Origin: Gammaproteobacteria bacterium | Lineage (GTDB): Bacteria > Pseudomonadota > Gammaproteobacteria > Xanthomonadales > SZUA-36 | Assembly (NCBI GenBank): GCA_024279945.1 | Contig: JAJRRA010000071.1 | Location: 2,171 to 66,170, forward strand | Direction of reading: 5' to 3' | DNA: 64,000 nucleotides | Part shown: piece after piece, positions 9,214 to 20,477 of the stretch | Position numbering within the stretch: position 1 is the stretch's first letter | Layout: each line of letters opens with the position of its first letter | Notes under the pieces: generated by a model | Told to the model about the DNA's origin: nothing | Databases searched by the model: none | What the model saw: the letters and a program-made list of their open reading frames with translations, nothing else | Position numbers and translations under genes: made by a program

Positions 9214-11604
9214 TTATTCCTGCATGATTCTTTCCATAACGGCTTTGTCGAAATTACCGGTCAGAAATAATACCTCGAAAGCCTTTGGCAGCTTACCACT
9301 GATATTCAGGTTGAGCGCAATCGGATAGCCCTCGTAGAGCTCAGGATTGCTTCCTGCCAGGTGGACCATCAGTTGGTAGGAACCATCAGGCTGATAGTTG
9401 ATGGTTCCATCAAGTTCACTGTAGTGAAAGTTTTCCAGTGCAGACAGGCCGATATTTTCCACCGAAGTGTCCGGCATCGAACCGGAGTAGTTCAGCACAC
9501 CCGGCCCGTTCGCACGAAAAGTACCGTCACGAATGTAGAGGTCGGATCCCCGGCTTCCGGCCGGCAGCAATATTTCTAGTGTTCCCGTACCTTTCAGGCT
9601 CCCGATATCGATATAGTCCAGCACCTGCCCCAGATCGATGTCGGTCATCCTGATCTGTGTGTCGTCCAGGCCCTGGGGGGAAAGCTGCAGGTAATCCGTG
9701 GACAGGCGGCCGCCGAAAAAATCAGCCTGGAAATTGTCCAGTTCGATGGTGTCCTGAGTTATCAAGCCGACCGAGGCGCGAGTTTGCAGGAGATTCAGGC
9801 CTGCAGCGAGCGCAATCCGGTCAATCGAAAACCAGCCGGTAGCGGACACGGTTTCATCGAGTTTTCCACTGAGTTCGAAGTCGATGCCATCTACCGCACT
9901 TTCAGCCAGGGAGAAATTCATTTTTTCACCACTTATATTCACCTTCCCGCTGAGCGTGTCGGCACTGCTGACACTGCCTTCTATATCGATTGTTCCGCCG
10001 TCCGCCTCAAGCTGGCCCGGATTTGTTCCTGTGGTCATTTCCAGCGCTTTCAGCGCCTGGGTCAGGGTGAAACGCGTCGGCAGGACATTAATCGTCCACT
10101 GACCTGTGTCCGCTTCTCCACTGAAACGCACCGCTGCCGTAATATCGCCGGCAAACTGAACATCACCACTGCCGCTGTAGCGAAGTCCGCCAGCACTCTC
10201 GTCGCTTCCGACAGGTATTGAACACTCTGCGGTTCCGGAAAACTCGGATTCGTGTAAATCCAGATTTCTTGATTCCAGATCAGCAATCAATCGGGGCACC
10301 ATTAACTGAAATCTGCTCGATTCCCTGAATTGAACGGTGTTCCCATCCAGCACCAGGCGCCCGGATGCCTGTAGATGGGCGCCCATCGGCAGAGAAGCTG
10401 ACAGCGGGGACTTGAATGTGACTGCCTGGCTGGTTCCCAGCTTGATATTGATCGTCCCCAGACCGGTCAGGCCTGGCGGAGTCAACGGCCCCTTCCATTG
10501 AAATTCTGCATCCGGGGCCAGGTCAAGTGACAGGTCAAGCAGGTCTGAGGTGATTTCCAGTGTAGCAGCGCCACTGAATGCTCCTGACCACGGGGCATCG
10601 GCCTGTAGCTTGAATGTGCTGAGCGGTTCGAAGGTCAGTTCGAGATTGTCCACTGCATTGCCGCTCGTATTCAGACTGAGTTGACTGATCGGCATCAGTT
10701 CACTCAACTGACCGGCCAAAAAATTGTTGCGGGCAGTGAAACGAACAATTCCGGGGCTGAGGAAGTTGATCTGAATCCCGTCCTGTTGCCGTTGTGCCTC
10801 CAAATCCAGATCCAGATTCAGGTTTTCATTTCCCCAATCGATAACGACGTTCTGTGCGGTCATCCTTATACGATCCAGAATCTGCTCGTTGCTACCGGTG
10901 AAATGTCCTGCAAAAGTGACATTACCCCGAATGGCCTGCAGTTTATCCAGAGGTAAACCCACATCGGGAAGTACTGCCGTTATCAAGGGTTGCAGGGCCT
11001 GCAGGTCACCGTGGCCGGAAATCTCACTGGAAATATTTTCAGTTTCTGCCGATTGCCGGAAATCCACCTGCAGGATTTTGCTTTGATCCGGCAGATCGAG
11101 TTGTAATTGCGCTTGCAGAGAATCACGTAACATACGGATATCGATCCGGGCATACAGTCCATCAGGTATGGGCAGGGGCAGGCTGGCGTTAAGCCGACTT
11201 TCATCTGGATTCTGTCTTTCCAACTGTACTTCCTCGAACAGCCAGGAAGTGGCTGGATTTTCCCCGGATTGCAGACTGACGCGGAGTGATTTGATGGAAG
11301 CGCGAGGGAGTTTCCCCGGTCGAACAATGGTTGGAATTGCAAGGTCATCCAGGGTGAATGCGTCGGTTTTCCCTTTTGCCTGCTTGTAAACAACGGCCAC
11401 ATCCACATTGGTTGCTTCAAGTGAGCGCTGGAAAATATCCAAATCCAGATCATGCGCGGTGACACGGACTCCGATCGCGCTCGGATTACCGTTGAGAACC
11501 AGGGTGTTTATGTGCAGCCTGGTGCTGCCTGGGTAGTCAAATTCCAGTGATTCCAATTGCCAGCCCTGTACCAGTTGCGCCTGAACGAGAGACGGCAACC
11601 ACAT
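9214..11604 (-). CDS. ydbH: YdbH, AsmA-like intermembrane (lipid-transport family) protein. The true start is probably upstream of 11604.
   Basis: 796-aa ORF, repetitive beta-rich sequence. Operon partners ynbE and ydbL lie downstream. The in-frame upstream sequence (11673-11605) encodes LKRLAIIFLLLAGALLSAYLTLP, a typical N-terminal membrane anchor, but contains no ATG/GTG/TTG. Confidence 0.75.
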   Translation of the reverse strand: MWLPSLVQAQLVQGWQLESLEFDYPGSTRLHINTLVLNGNPSAIGVRVTAHDLDLDIFQRSLEATNVDVAVVYKQAKGKTDAFTLDDLAIPTIVRPGKLPRASIKSLRVSLQSGENPATSWLFEEVQLERQNPDESRLNASLPLPIPDGLYARIDIRMLRDSLQAQLQLDLPDQSKILQVDFRQSAETENISSEISGHGDLQALQPLITAVLPDVGLPLDKLQAIRGNVTFAGHFTGSNEQILDRIRMTAQNVVIDWGNENLNLDLDLEAQRQQDGIQINFLSPGIVRFTARNNFLAGQLSELMPISQLSLNTSGNAVDNLELTFEPLSTFKLQADAPWSGAFSGAATLEITSDLLDLSLDLAPDAEFQWKGPLTPPGLTGLGTINIKLGTSQAVTFKSPLSASLPMGAHLQASGRLVLDGNTVQFRESSRFQLMVPRLIADLESRNLDLHESEFSGTAECSIPVGSDESAGGLRYSGSGDVQFAGDITAAVRFSGEADTGQWTINVLPTRFTLTQALKALEMTTGTNPGQLEADGGTIDIEGSVSSADTLSGKVNISGEKMNFSLAESAVDGIDFELSGKLDETVSATGWFSIDRIALAAGLNLLQTRASVGLITQDTIELDNFQADFFGGRLSTDYLQLSPQGLDDTQIRMTDIDLGQVLDYIDIGSLKGTGTLEILLPAGSRGSDLYIRDGTFRANGPGVLNYSGSMPDTSVENIGLSALENFHYSELDGTINYQPDGSYQLMVHLAGSNPELYEGYPIALNLNISGKLPKAFEVLFLTGNFDKAVMERIMQE

Positions 11605-11729
11605 GGGCAGCGTCAGGTATGCACTCAGAAGCGCACCCGCCAGCAGCAGGAAAATTATCGCCAGGCGTTTCAGGGGCGGTTTCTCACGGCAATATCACTT
11701 TAAAGGGAGCGCTAACGCAGGACACTACA

Positions 11730-12113
11730 CTAACTCAGGAAGCCCCACGGGGATTTGGATAGCGCCACGGTCACAATCCAGCCAAAAGTGGATAGTGCCG
11801 CAAGGAATGCCACGACCCGCCATGGCCCGGAGATTTTAGCGGACATGGCGACCATTCCGAGCACGATATAAACCAGAAGCCCTATGATCTTGGCGGTCAG
11901 CCAGGCGGTAGAAAAGGGGTACTGATTGATCGTGAATGTCAACGCCACCCCGGTGCCGAGGAACAGTGTATCAATAACATGAGGTGCAATTTTCGTCAGC
12001 CTCAGTTGTGCCAGTTGAGAGCCGTGAATTCTCCAATTCCAGCGCAGCATGAAACCTGTGATACTGGCCAGCGCAAAGCTCATGTGTACTTGCTTTAAAA
12101 GCACATAGTCCAT
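11730..12113 (-). CDS. SirB2-family small inner-membrane protein
   Basis: 127-aa ORF with 4 hydrophobic helices. N-terminus MDYVLLKQVHMSFALASITGFMLRW resembles the SirB/SirB2 family. Confidence 0.55.
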   Translation of the reverse strand: MDYVLLKQVHMSFALASITGFMLRWNWRIHGSQLAQLRLTKIAPHVIDTLFLGTGVALTFTINQYPFSTAWLTAKIIGLLVYIVLGMVAMSAKISGPWRVVAFLAALSTFGWIVTVALSKSPWGFLS

Positions 12114-12141
12114 AGAGGGCTATTCTAGCCGATTTGGAGGT

Positions 12142-12585
12142 TCAGGCAGTCTTCTGGCCCAGGCTCAGCATGTGGCAGAGCTTTGATTTGGGAGTGAGCA
12201 GATCAGCCAGCGTGTAGTCCCTGAGCGTATCGAGGTAGGCGGCAAGAGCCTGGCCGAGTATGCATTTCAATTCACACACCGGTGCAATGATACATTCTCC
12301 GTCTGAACAGAAGCACTCCACCATGTTGAGATCATCTTCCATGTCTGTAACGACATCCGCCAGGCAGATGTCGTCGGCCGGCCTGGCCAGTGCGATTCCG
12401 CCACCCGGCCCGCGTCGCGCATAGAGATAACCCATACGTGTCAACAGGCTGACAACTTTCATCAAGTGGTTGCGCGAGATGTTATAGGACTCCGATATTT
12501 CCCTGATGGTCACCCGGCCGTTTTGTTGTAAACCGAGGTGCATCAATACCCGTAATGAATAGTCGGTGAAGCGTGTAAGTTTCAT
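12142..12585 (-). CDS. nsrR: Rrf2-family NO-sensing repressor NsrR
   Basis: 147-aa ORF. MKLTRFTDYSLRVLM... winged HTH and a C-terminal Cys cluster. VECFCSDGECIIAPVCELKCILGQAL...YTLADLL reads closely like E. coli NsrR ([20 protein letters not shown]...YTLADLV). Confidence 0.75.
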   Translation of the reverse strand: MKLTRFTDYSLRVLMHLGLQQNGRVTIREISESYNISRNHLMKVVSLLTRMGYLYARRGPGGGIALARPADDICLADVVTDMEDDLNMVECFCSDGECIIAPVCELKCILGQALAAYLDTLRDYTLADLLTPKSKLCHMLSLGQKTA

Positions 12586-12695
12586 GGTTTTGTTCCGCCT
12601 GATTTTTATTAATCACCGGGCATGTGAGTTTTCGGCGACAATCTATTTCATGCACTGATTGGCATCTAATCTATCAACGGGCTGTCGAGAGTAGA

Positions 12696-12709
12696 TTGAT
12701 TCATATCAA
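12696..12709. promoter_or_regulatory. perfect FNR/ANR-type box TTGAT-TCAT-ATCAA
   Basis: Exact match to TTGAT-N4-ATCAA in the nsrR / TonB receptor divergent region. A TATGAT -10-like hexamer at 12733-12738 places the box centre near -41.5/-42.5 for a plus-strand class II promoter. Confidence 0.6.
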
Positions 12710-12782
12710 GGCAATCATATATTGGCCCTGTTTTATGATCTGTGATGCGATCCGGGTCAGGCTTGACTCAGGTCATAAATGA

Positions 12783-12796
12783 TGCATTAAAATGCA
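12783..12796. promoter_or_regulatory. TGCATT-AA-AATGCA perfect palindrome, candidate NsrR (Rrf2) operator
   Basis: 6-2-6 perfect inverted repeat about 45 nt upstream of the receptor ATG. It contains the ATGCATT / AATGCA core of the enterobacterial NsrR consensus (AAnATGCATTT-n-AAATGCATnTT), but the half-site spacing is 1 nt shorter. It also partially resembles a Fur box. Confidence 0.4.
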
Positions 12797-12838
12797 CCTA
12801 ATATTTGCTCGCCCCATGATCATTGACAGGCATTTCCG

Positions 12839-15073
12839 ATGAAGAAAATTGTGCACGCTGTTTGCGTACCGCTGTTGTTTACCATGCTGTCTTTGCCTGT
12901 GATGGGTCAGACTGATACGGGCGAGAGCCTGTCTGAGGACAGCAGCCGGGATCAGGTCGAACTGGATCCGCTGGTAGTCGTGGCAAGCAAATCCCCCCGT
13001 CCGCTGTCCGCGATTGCTGCCCAGGTAACGGTGATTGATGCGGATGGCATCCGTGAGGGGATGGCCGAAGATCTGGATGGCATGTTGAAATATGAGCCGG
13101 GTCTTGAGATGGAGACTGCCGGTACACGATTCGGAGCGACATCCATTAATATCCGCGGCATCGGCGGCAACCGCGTGGCGGTTGAAATTGACGGCATACC
13201 GGTGCGGGATCAATTTGTTATCGGTGCGTTTTCCAACGGTGGGCGGGCGTTGGTGGAGCCGGATCGTATCAGGCGGGTTGAAGTTTTGCATGGCCCGGCC
13301 TCGGTCATGTATGGTTCTGACGCGCTTGGAGGCGTTGTGGCGATTTCAACCTGGGATCCCTCGGACCTTCTGACCGGCAACGATAAATCAGGCTGGCTGG
13401 GCCTGAAAGGTGGATACCAGGGTTCGAACAACAGCTGGTTTGGATCCGGTGTGGCAGCATGGGGGGAAGGAGCTCACGGTTTCCTGGCGGCATCTACGGT
13501 CCGCAAGGGTCACGAACTGGATAACTACGCACCGGCTGACATCCCCAACGATCCGCAGGATTGGGACAGCACGGACTACATGTTTCGGTATACCTACGAT
13601 ACTTTGTCCGGCAACCGCTTCCGGGTTTCGGCTGAACGGACGGAGCGCAAGGCGCGAACGGAAGTGAATTCACAGCTTGGCTATGGTCGCCGTTTCCGCA
13701 ATACCACGGAACTACTGGGCGATGATCGCGACAAGAGTCGGCGCTTGTCGATGGATTATGAATTCAGTGCCGGCGGTTGGGAGCAGGCTGTAGTGCGTGC
13801 GTACAATGTTGTCCACGAAACCGACCAATTGACCCGGGAAGAGCGGGCCCGTGGTGCGAGACCGGTCAAGCTGGAGCGTCGCTTTTTCTATGAACAGGAT
13901 CTTTCAGGTATGGAACTGAACTTGTCCAGGGAAGAGCAATGGGGTTCAAGTACCCACCGTATCGGACTGGGTGCTGAATGGTTGCGAACTGACATTACCG
14001 AATTACGGGATGGTTTGCAGACCAGCCTTATTGATGGGTCGAGCACGAAGACGATCCTGGGTGAGGAGATGCCTGTGCGCGATTTCCCCATCTCGCAGAC
14101 TGACGAAACCGGTGTGTTTATTCAGGACGAAATTTCTCTGGCCGATGGCCTGTGGGAGATCATTCCGGCGCTGCGCTGGGATCGCTACAAGCTGGATCCC
14201 AGGCCGGACCGTGTCTGGCTGGAGGATCATCCGGATACGGAGATTGTTTCAGCGACAGAAAATCAGTTCACTCCGCGTTTGGGTGTTCTTTTTCACCTCA
14301 GCGATGAGTGGACACTGTACGGACAATATTCGCGCGGTTTTCGCGCCCCGCCGTTCTCCGATGCCAATATCGGCTTTGATATCCCCTTGTTTGGTTTCCG
14401 GGCGATTCCCAACCCTGATCTCAGGTCGGAGACTTCTGACGGATATGAACTGGGGATGCGCCGTATCGCCGGAGGGTCCCGTTTCAGTCTGTCCGGCTTT
14501 CTTAGCAACTACCAGGACTTTATTGAATCCAGGGTGCTGATTGGCCGTGATCCTGAAACCGGTGACCTGATTTTTCAGTCTAGAAATATCGGCCAGGCAC
14601 AAATTTATGGTATCGACATCCGCTATGCCCAGGATCTCGGTGAGTGGAATGAAGCGCTGAGTGGCTGGATGCTGAATGCGGCGGCTTATTGGGCCAGGGG
14701 CGAGAACCAGGATACCGGCGAGGCACTGAACAGTATTGCACCACCACAGGCTGTGATTGGCCTGTCCTGGGTTTCAACAAACGACAATTGGGACTTTGCA
14801 GCGACCGGTACATTCACTGACTCGAAGGGGAAAAGTGACATTGACAACACCGGAGGTGAGCGCTTTGCGACCCCTTCATGGGGAATAGTCGACTTGACGG
14901 CAGGCTGGAGGCCGAATCAACGGCTGGAGTTGCGGGCTGGCATTTTTAATGCAACGGACAAGAGGTACTGGCGCTGGCTGGACGTTGCCAACATGGATTC
15001 CAGCGACCCGATGATTAGCCTGCTATCGCGGCCGGGACGCAGCTTTTCAGTCTCGGCGCGTTTGTCATTTTAA
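12839..15073 (+). CDS. TonB-dependent receptor, heme/hemoglobin-receptor-like subfamily
   Basis: 744-aa ORF with signal peptide and plug motifs (RVEVLHGPASVMYGSDALGGVV). FRAP box (GFRAPP) and an NPNL-like box (IPNPDL) as in heme receptors. Terminal ...ARLSF. Confidence 0.8.
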   Translation: MKKIVHAVCVPLLFTMLSLPVMGQTDTGESLSEDSSRDQVELDPLVVVASKSPRPLSAIAAQVTVIDADGIREGMAEDLDGMLKYEPGLEMETAGTRFGATSINIRGIGGNRVAVEIDGIPVRDQFVIGAFSNGGRALVEPDRIRRVEVLHGPASVMYGSDALGGVVAISTWDPSDLLTGNDKSGWLGLKGGYQGSNNSWFGSGVAAWGEGAHGFLAASTVRKGHELDNYAPADIPNDPQDWDSTDYMFRYTYDTLSGNRFRVSAERTERKARTEVNSQLGYGRRFRNTTELLGDDRDKSRRLSMDYEFSAGGWEQAVVRAYNVVHETDQLTREERARGARPVKLERRFFYEQDLSGMELNLSREEQWGSSTHRIGLGAEWLRTDITELRDGLQTSLIDGSSTKTILGEEMPVRDFPISQTDETGVFIQDEISLADGLWEIIPALRWDRYKLDPRPDRVWLEDHPDTEIVSATENQFTPRLGVLFHLSDEWTLYGQYSRGFRAPPFSDANIGFDIPLFGFRAIPNPDLRSETSDGYELGMRRIAGGSRFSLSGFLSNYQDFIESRVLIGRDPETGDLIFQSRNIGQAQIYGIDIRYAQDLGEWNEALSGWMLNAAAYWARGENQDTGEALNSIAPPQAVIGLSWVSTNDNWDFAATGTFTDSKGKSDIDNTGGERFATPSWGIVDLTAGWRPNQRLELRAGIFNATDKRYWRWLDVANMDSSDPMISLLSRPGRSFSVSARLSF

Positions 15074-15135
15074 ATTGTTTACACTAAATTTGCTGTATGC
15101 ACAATGGGAAAGACTTGATTTTCCAGATCATTTTA

Positions 15136-15149
15136 TTGACATGAGTCAA
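15136..15149 (+). promoter_or_regulatory. FNR/DNR-type box TTGAC-ATGA-GTCAA upstream of nirS
   Basis: Perfect palindrome matching the DNR/ANR half-sites (TTGAY-N4-RTCAA). A TACATT -10-like hexamer at 15171-15176 puts the box centre near -41. Confidence 0.6.
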
Positions 15150-15152
15150 TGA

Positions 15153-17369
<2,217 letters not shown>

Positions 17370-17378
17370 TTGGATGCA

Positions 17379-17408
17379 GGGAGCCGGGCAACCGGCTCCC
17401 ACTTTTCT
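17379..17408 (+). terminator. rho-independent terminator after nirS
   Basis: GGGAGCCGG-GCAA-CCGGCTCCC (9-bp GC-rich stem, tetraloop) followed by ACTTTTCT. Confidence 0.7.
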
Positions 17409-17421
17409 GCTTCAAAGATGT

Positions 17422-17437
17422 GGCTGATTCATCAGCC
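17422..17437. promoter_or_regulatory. 7-2-7 perfect palindrome GGCTGAT-TC-ATCAGCC next to the porin ribosome-binding site
   Basis: Read directly. A 2-nt spacer is too short for a hairpin loop, so a dimeric protein operator is the more likely reading. It ends 13 nt before ATG 17451. Confidence 0.3.
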
Positions 17438-17450
17438 TTGGGAGTAAACC

Positions 17451-18692
17451 ATGAATACCAAACGCAAGCTGGCAGCGTTACCGGCAGGGATTCTCGCTGT
17501 CCTGATTACGTCGATTGCAGGCCAGGCACAGGCCGCAGACAGCTTTAAAGAGATGTTTACCCAGGGGAAAGGAGGTTTTGCTTTCAGGTATCGCCTGGAA
17601 AGTGTGGACCAGGATAATTTTGCTAAAAATGCCCTCGCTTCAACCATTCGGGCAAGACTGAATTTCAGGACATCAGATTGGAAAGGCTGGGGCCTGTTCG
17701 CCGAATACGATTTTGTTGAGACCGTTGGCTGGGATAATTACAATGCCGGTGCTGGAAACACGCCGGGCAAGACTCGTTACCCGGTGGTTGCCGATCCCAC
17801 AGGCCCGGATCTGAACCAGGCTTATCTATCCTGGAAATCTGCCGGCGGCAGTGAATTTCGTGCCGGCCGTCAGCGCATCAAATACGACAATGACCGTTTT
17901 ATAGGGAACGTCGGATGGCGGCAGAACCCGCAAACTTACGACGCCGTTTCTTATCGCTTCAAAAACAAGGCCGGGGTTGACCTGCAGTTCGCCTACATCG
18001 GTAAAGTCAATCGTATCTTTGGAGATGAAGTTGCGGCCGGCAACCACGATACGGATACCCTGATCGGAAATATCTCAAAAAATTGGGATAATATCGGCAA
18101 GCTGACCGGATATTACTACAATATTGACAACAAGGATCTCGCGGCTTTTTCTACCTCTACCTACGGCTTGAGGTTTGTTGGCAAGCAGAAAGTGGGCTCT
18201 ACTACGCTGGGCTATACTGCGGAGTATGCCCACCAGACCGACGCAGCGAATAATCCAGTCGATTATTCCGCAGACTACTGGCGGTTTGATTTGTCGGCAA
18301 CTTTTGGTGGCTTCACGCCATACCTTGCATTCGAATCACTCGGTGGTGATAACACACGAGATGGCGCGATGTTCCGTACGCCGCTGGCGACCCTGCATGC
18401 TTTCAATGGCTGGGCAGATAAATTCCTGGCCACACCGGCAGCGGGTCTCAATGACGCAATGATTGGTGTGAAAGGCAAGGTGTTCAGCAGTTGGAAATGG
18501 AATGTTGTCTATCATGATTACCAGGCCGAGTCAGGCAACGCGAAATTTGGCTCAGAACTGGATGCTTCCCTGGCAACAAAACTGGCAGGGCGTTACGGTG
18601 TATTATTTAAAGCCGCTTCGTTTAAAGCAGACAACAGCTCAAACTACGATGATACCCTCAAGTTGTGGTTCATGCTGACGGGTAGTTTCTAA
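17451..18692 (+). CDS. outer-membrane beta-barrel porin (alginate-export/AlgE-like family candidate)
   Basis: 413-aa ORF. Signal peptide ...IAGQAQA, alternating beta-strand pattern, N-terminal FAFRYRLESVDQ motif and terminal aromatic ...LTGSF. Confidence 0.6.
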   Translation: MNTKRKLAALPAGILAVLITSIAGQAQAADSFKEMFTQGKGGFAFRYRLESVDQDNFAKNALASTIRARLNFRTSDWKGWGLFAEYDFVETVGWDNYNAGAGNTPGKTRYPVVADPTGPDLNQAYLSWKSAGGSEFRAGRQRIKYDNDRFIGNVGWRQNPQTYDAVSYRFKNKAGVDLQFAYIGKVNRIFGDEVAAGNHDTDTLIGNISKNWDNIGKLTGYYYNIDNKDLAAFSTSTYGLRFVGKQKVGSTTLGYTAEYAHQTDAANNPVDYSADYWRFDLSATFGGFTPYLAFESLGGDNTRDGAMFRTPLATLHAFNGWADKFLATPAAGLNDAMIGVKGKVFSSWKWNVVYHDYQAESGNAKFGSELDASLATKLAGRYGVLFKAASFKADNSSNYDDTLKLWFMLTGSF

Positions 18693-18739
18693 AAAATCAG
18701 GATTCGCCCGCAAGCGGGCTCTTACAACTGGACGTGCGG

Positions 18740-19405
18740 CTAGAATTTCTGCACACCCGCAGAACTGGCCATCAGCACGATATTGGCAGGCCGGATGGCA
18801 AACAGGCCGCAGGTGACCACACCGGGCAGGTTGTTGATCCTTTTCTCGATGGCAACGGGATCGACCAGGTCCATATTGTGGACATCCAGGATCAGGTTGC
18901 CGTTGTCGGTGATGAAGTCTTCGCGCAGTTCCGGCTGTCCTCCGATGGCAACCAGTTGGCGGGCGATGTAGCTACGAGCCATCGGGATGACTTCGATGGG
19001 CACGGGAAACTTGCCCAGCACGCCGACCTTCTTGCTTTCATCGACAATGCAAACAAATTTCCGGCTGGCGCCGGCAATGATCTTTTCCCGTGTGAGTGCT
19101 CCGCCCCCGCCCTTGATCAGGCGCCGGTGCGAGTCGAATTCGTCGGCTCCATCGATGTAAACATCCAGGGTGCCGGCGAGATTCAGTTCACGCACATGAA
19201 TACCGTGCGATTGCAGGCGTTCTGTGGTGGCTTCCGATGACGACACCGCAGCCTCGATGTGGATACCGCTGGCGGCAAGTGCGTCAATAAAGCAGTTCAC
19301 CGTGCTTCCGGTGCCTACGCCCAACACCGCATCCGGGCGTACCCAGGCCAGGGCCTCCGCGGCAACCTGTTGCTTTTGCAGTTGTTGCTGATCGCTTGAG
19401 ATCAT
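18740..19405 (-). CDS. rpiA: ribose-5-phosphate isomerase A
   Basis: 221-aa ORF. Motifs GVGTGST, DGADE and [11 protein letters not shown]. Confidence 0.9.
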   Translation of the reverse strand: MISSDQQQLQKQQVAAEALAWVRPDAVLGVGTGSTVNCFIDALAASGIHIEAAVSSSEATTERLQSHGIHVRELNLAGTLDVYIDGADEFDSHRRLIKGGGGALTREKIIAGASRKFVCIVDESKKVGVLGKFPVPIEVIPMARSYIARQLVAIGGQPELREDFITDNGNLILDVHNMDLVDPVAIEKRINNLPGVVTCGLFAIRPANIVLMASSAGVQKF

Positions 19406-19411
19406 GTCTCA

Positions 19412-19876
19412 TTACTCCAGTGACAGGATGAAATCCCAGTGCTCTTTGGCAACCGGCATGACGGATAATCGGTTGCCCCGGCGGATCAGTGGCAATCCGT
19501 CCAGTTGCTCCATGTGCTCCTTGATCTCGGACAGGGAGATCAGGCGCCTTGTTTTGCGCAGGTAGCGGACATCCACCATCAGCCAGCGTGGATTTTCGGG
19601 ATCACTTTTCGGGTCAAAATATTTTTCCTTGGGATCGAAAGCAGTGTGATCCGGGTAGGCAGTATCAGATACGATTTCGGCGAGGCCCACGATACCTGGT
19701 GCTTTACAATTGGAGTGATAGAAGAATACCTGGTCACCCTTGCTCATGCCATCGCGCATAAAATTCCGTGCCTGGTAGTTCCGCACTCCATCCCAGTGTT
19801 CCGTTCCCTTTTCTGCATTTTTCAGATCATCTATGCTGAACGCATCCGGTTCACTTTTGATCAGCCAGAAGTTCAT
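19412..19876 (-). CDS. EVE (PUA-like) domain protein
   Basis: Track ORF is 19412..20095. I use the internal ATG 19876, which gives MNFWLIKSEPDAFSIDDL...HWDGVRNYQARNFMR, the typical EVE domain start, 154 aa. Confidence 0.8.
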   Translation of the reverse strand: MNFWLIKSEPDAFSIDDLKNAEKGTEHWDGVRNYQARNFMRDGMSKGDQVFFYHSNCKAPGIVGLAEIVSDTAYPDHTAFDPKEKYFDPKSDPENPRWLMVDVRYLRKTRRLISLSEIKEHMEQLDGLPLIRRGNRLSVMPVAKEHWDFILSLE

Positions 19877-19898
19877 GTAGTCATTTCCTGTTTCCTTG

Positions 19899-20474
19899 TC
19901 ATGAGGTGAAGCTGAGCCATCCGGTTTCAGACAGTAGCATATGCAGTCGGATATCCCAGGGCTCCCGTGGCAGGCGGGGTACTTTTTGTAGCTGATAGGC
20001 GACGCCCACTCGAATGGGCAGATCAGACTGGCTAAAGGGCTGCAGCGTACGGTCGTAGAATCCAGCACCCATGCCCAGTCGCTGGCCGAATTCATCCCAG
20101 CCTACCAGAGGCATTAACAGCAGGTTAATGTCAGGTAGCGGAATTTCAGGGCTGTTGAGAGGCTCCGGGATTCCATAGCGGTTGTTTTTCATTTCACTGG
20201 CTTCTGACCACTGCCGGAACAGAAGTGACGGACCGGCGGGACTTTGCATGACGACCGGCAAGGCAAGCTGTACTCCCTGTTGTGCCGCAGCAGCAAGCGC
20301 CGGGCGCAGGTCGGGCTCTCCATCGAAGCGCCAGAAAGCTGCAATCGTGTTCGGACGGTGTTCGGCAATAAACTCTGTCAGGAAGTGGTTGATGGACCCA
20401 TCCAGAGAAAGCCGACGCCTATTATCAAGCTGCTTTCGCCGTGCACGCAGTTTATTTCGTAAGGTGGATTTTAT
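19899..20474 (-). CDS. ygfA: 5-formyltetrahydrofolate cyclo-ligase (start codon uncertain)
   Basis: Conserved LRNKLRARRKQL N-terminal motif and GxGxGFYDR motif (GMGAGFYDRTL). The track ORF start (GTG 20588) lies inside the predicted 6S RNA. No ATG/GTG/TTG lies between the 6S 3' end and the conserved motif. The coordinate given assumes ATA 20474 and is provisional. Confidence 0.7.
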   Translation of the reverse strand: MKSTLRNKLRARRKQLDNRRRLSLDGSINHFLTEFIAEHRPNTIAAFWRFDGEPDLRPALAAAAQQGVQLALPVVMQSPAGPSLLFRQWSEASEMKNNRYGIPEPLNSPEIPLPDINLLLMPLVGWDEFGQRLGMGAGFYDRTLQPFSQSDLPIRVGVAYQLQKVPRLPREPWDIRLHMLLSETGWLSFTS

Positions 20475-20477
20475 AGA

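Noticed and set aside
12776-12796. Fur box upstream of the heme-type TonB receptor
   Set aside because: ATAAATGATGCATTAAAATGCA shares AATGAT and CATTA with the Fur consensus GATAATGATAATCATTATC, but only with a 2-nt deletion. The exact TGCATT-AA-AATGCA symmetry and the adjacent nsrR gene fit an Rrf2/NsrR site better. I leave it as ambiguous rather than calling Fur.
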